DNA of 12,644 nucleotides from a virus (Duplodnaviria; Heunggongvirae; Uroviricota; Caudoviricetes): IMG/VR virus record IMGVR_UViG_2695420565_000020; one strand, 5' to 3'. Shown piece by piece: positions 11,610 to 12,644 of this stretch (position 1 is its first letter; each line of letters starts with the position of its first letter). The notes under the pieces were generated by a model. It saw only the letters and a program-made list of their open reading frames with translations, ran no database searches and was not told where the DNA came from. The position numbers and the translations under genes were made by a program.

Positions 11610-11906
11610 TTATACCTCTGAATCAATATCAACCTGATGGTGAGCAATGGTTTCAACCATGTACCGGATGTGTTCTGCCATGCGCTCCTGAAACTCAACA
11701 TCGTCATCAAACGCACGGGTAATGGCTTTTTTGCTGGCCCCGTGGCGTTGCAAATGATCGATGCATAGCGATTCAAACAGGTGCTGGGGCAGGCCTTTTT
11801 CCATGTCGTCTGCCAGTTCTGCCTCTTTCTCTTCACGGGCGATCTGCTGGTAGTGACGCGCCCAGCTCTGAGCCTCAAGACGATCCTGAATGTAATAAGC
11901 GTTCAT
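11610..11906 (-). CDS. gam: Gam, RecBCD inhibitor, short GamS form (98 aa)
   Basis: [60 protein letters not shown]... matches lambda Gam from its internal Met. An in-frame stop at 11961-11963 with no intervening ATG excludes the 138-aa long form. Confidence 0.93.
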   Translation of the reverse strand: MNAYYIQDRLEAQSWARHYQQIAREEKEAELADDMEKGLPQHLFESLCIDHLQRHGASKKAITRAFDDDVEFQERMAEHIRYMVETIAHHQVDIDSEV

Positions 11907-11960
11907 GGCTGAACTCCTGAAAATGGCTGTGAAAATATCGCCCGCGAAATGCCAGGCTGA

Positions 11961-12125
11961 TTAGGAAAACAGGAAAGGGGGGTAGTGAATGCTTTTGCTT
12001 GATCTCAGTTTCTGTATTAATATCCATTTTTTATAAGCGTCGACGGCCTCACGAAACATCTTTTCATCGCCAATAAAAGTGGCGATAGTGAATTTAGTCT
12101 GGATAGCCATAATTGTTTGATCCAT
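11961..12125 (-). CDS. kil: Kil, FtsZ-targeting host-killing protein (54 aa)
   Basis: ATG at 12125; [47 protein letters not shown] matches lambda Kil, followed by 7 extra residues YPPFLFS; the start overlaps the cIII 3' end by 32 nt in another frame, as in lambda. Confidence 0.85.
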   Translation of the reverse strand: MDQTIMAIQTKFTIATFIGDEKMFREAVDAYKKWILIQKLRSSKSIHYPPFLFS

Positions 12126-12258
12126 TTTTCGGGACTCCTGGCTGATTAAGTATGTCGATAAGGCGTTTCCATCCGTCACGTAATTTACGGGTAATTCGTT
12201 CAAGTAAAGATTCGGAAGGGCAGCCAGCAACAGGCCACCCTGCAATGGCATATTGCAT
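12094..12258 (-). CDS. cIII: CIII, FtsH inhibitor that stabilises CII (54 aa)
   Basis: Hand-translated, below the ORF-track size cutoff: [54 protein letters not shown]; strong SD aaggag upstream (12264-12269); matches lambda CIII. Confidence 0.85.
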   Translation of the reverse strand: MQYAIAGWPVAGCPSESLLERITRKLRDGWKRLIDILNQPGVPKNGSNNYGYPD

Positions 12259-12330
12259 GGTGTGCTCCTTATTTATACATAACGAAAAACGCCTCGAGTG
12301 AAGCGTAATTGGTATGCGGTAACGCCGCGC

Positions 12331-12528
12331 TCAGGCGGCTTTGATAGTCATATCATCTGGATCAAATATTCCTGATGTATCGATATCGGTAATTCTTATT
12401 CCTTCGCTACCATCCATTGGAGGCCATCCTTCCTGACCATTTCCATCATTCCAGTCGAACTCACACACAACACCATATGCATTTAAGTCGCTTGAAATTG
12501 CTATAAGCAGAGCATGTTGCGCCAGCAT
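12331..12528 (-). CDS. Ea10-like protein, C-terminal part only (65 aa from first ATG)
   Basis: MLAQHALLIAISSDLNAYGVVCEFDWNDGNGQEGWPPMDGSEGIRITDIDTSGIFDPDDMTIKAA matches the C-terminal half of lambda Ea10 by recall; an in-frame stop lies 13 codons upstream of the ATG (12568-12570). Confidence 0.55.
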   Translation of the reverse strand: MLAQHALLIAISSDLNAYGVVCEFDWNDGNGQEGWPPMDGSEGIRITDIDTSGIFDPDDMTIKAA

Positions 12529-12644
12529 GATTAATACTGAACCGCCCCGGGTTTCCTGGAGAGTGTTTTATCTGTGAACTCAGGCTGCCAGATCATCGTT
12601 TCCGATGGAAGCATAATAAGCTTTTTCTGCTTCTGCCGGAGGAG

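Noticed and set aside
10151-11637. Plus-strand ORFs (103, 88, 97, 156 aa) and minus-strand alternative-frame ORFs (11136-11387, 11564-11878) within exo, bet and gam
   Set aside because: exo, bet and gam are near-identical to lambda proteins over their full lengths; the overlapping frames are incidental.
11907-12027. Long GamL form (138 aa) as in the lambda reference annotation
   Set aside because: The upstream ATG is out of frame with gam here and the in-frame extension ends at a stop (11961-11963) with no ATG, so only GamS is called.
11961-12251. 96-aa ORF-track entry starting MPLQGG...
   Set aside because: It is the kil frame extended upstream through the cIII coding region; the kil start is the ATG at 12125 (MDQTIMAIQ...), and cIII occupies 12094-12258 in another frame.

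Overview
The window holds an Escherichia coli-type chromosomal segment joined at about 6.0 kb to the left arm of an integrated lambda-family prophage. The chromosomal part is ubiG (minus strand), divergent gyrA, then yfaA and yfaT (plus strand). The prophage part, all on the minus strand, runs attL, int, xis, a block of small genes with no lambda counterpart, an Ea22-like gene, a TraR/DksA-type zinc-finger gene, orf61/orf63/orf60a-like small ORFs, exo-bet-gam, kil, cIII and a truncated ea10. This is the distal part of a pL-type leftward operon and the prophage continues past the right edge. No rRNA, tRNA or CRISPR array was seen. The most notable points are integration into the 3' end of yfaT rather than the classical lambda site, and a roughly 1.3 kb cargo block (7557-8890) of uncharacterised small proteins. 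I did not find a recognisable known defence system; the cargo block is the best candidate for something undescribed. All calls come from reading the translations and from recalled lambda and E. coli K-12 sequences; no database search or alignment was run, so family names and lambda comparisons need confirmation. Several starts in the supplied ORF track are TTG or GTG and were moved to the ATG that matches known protein N-termini or has a ribosome-binding site.
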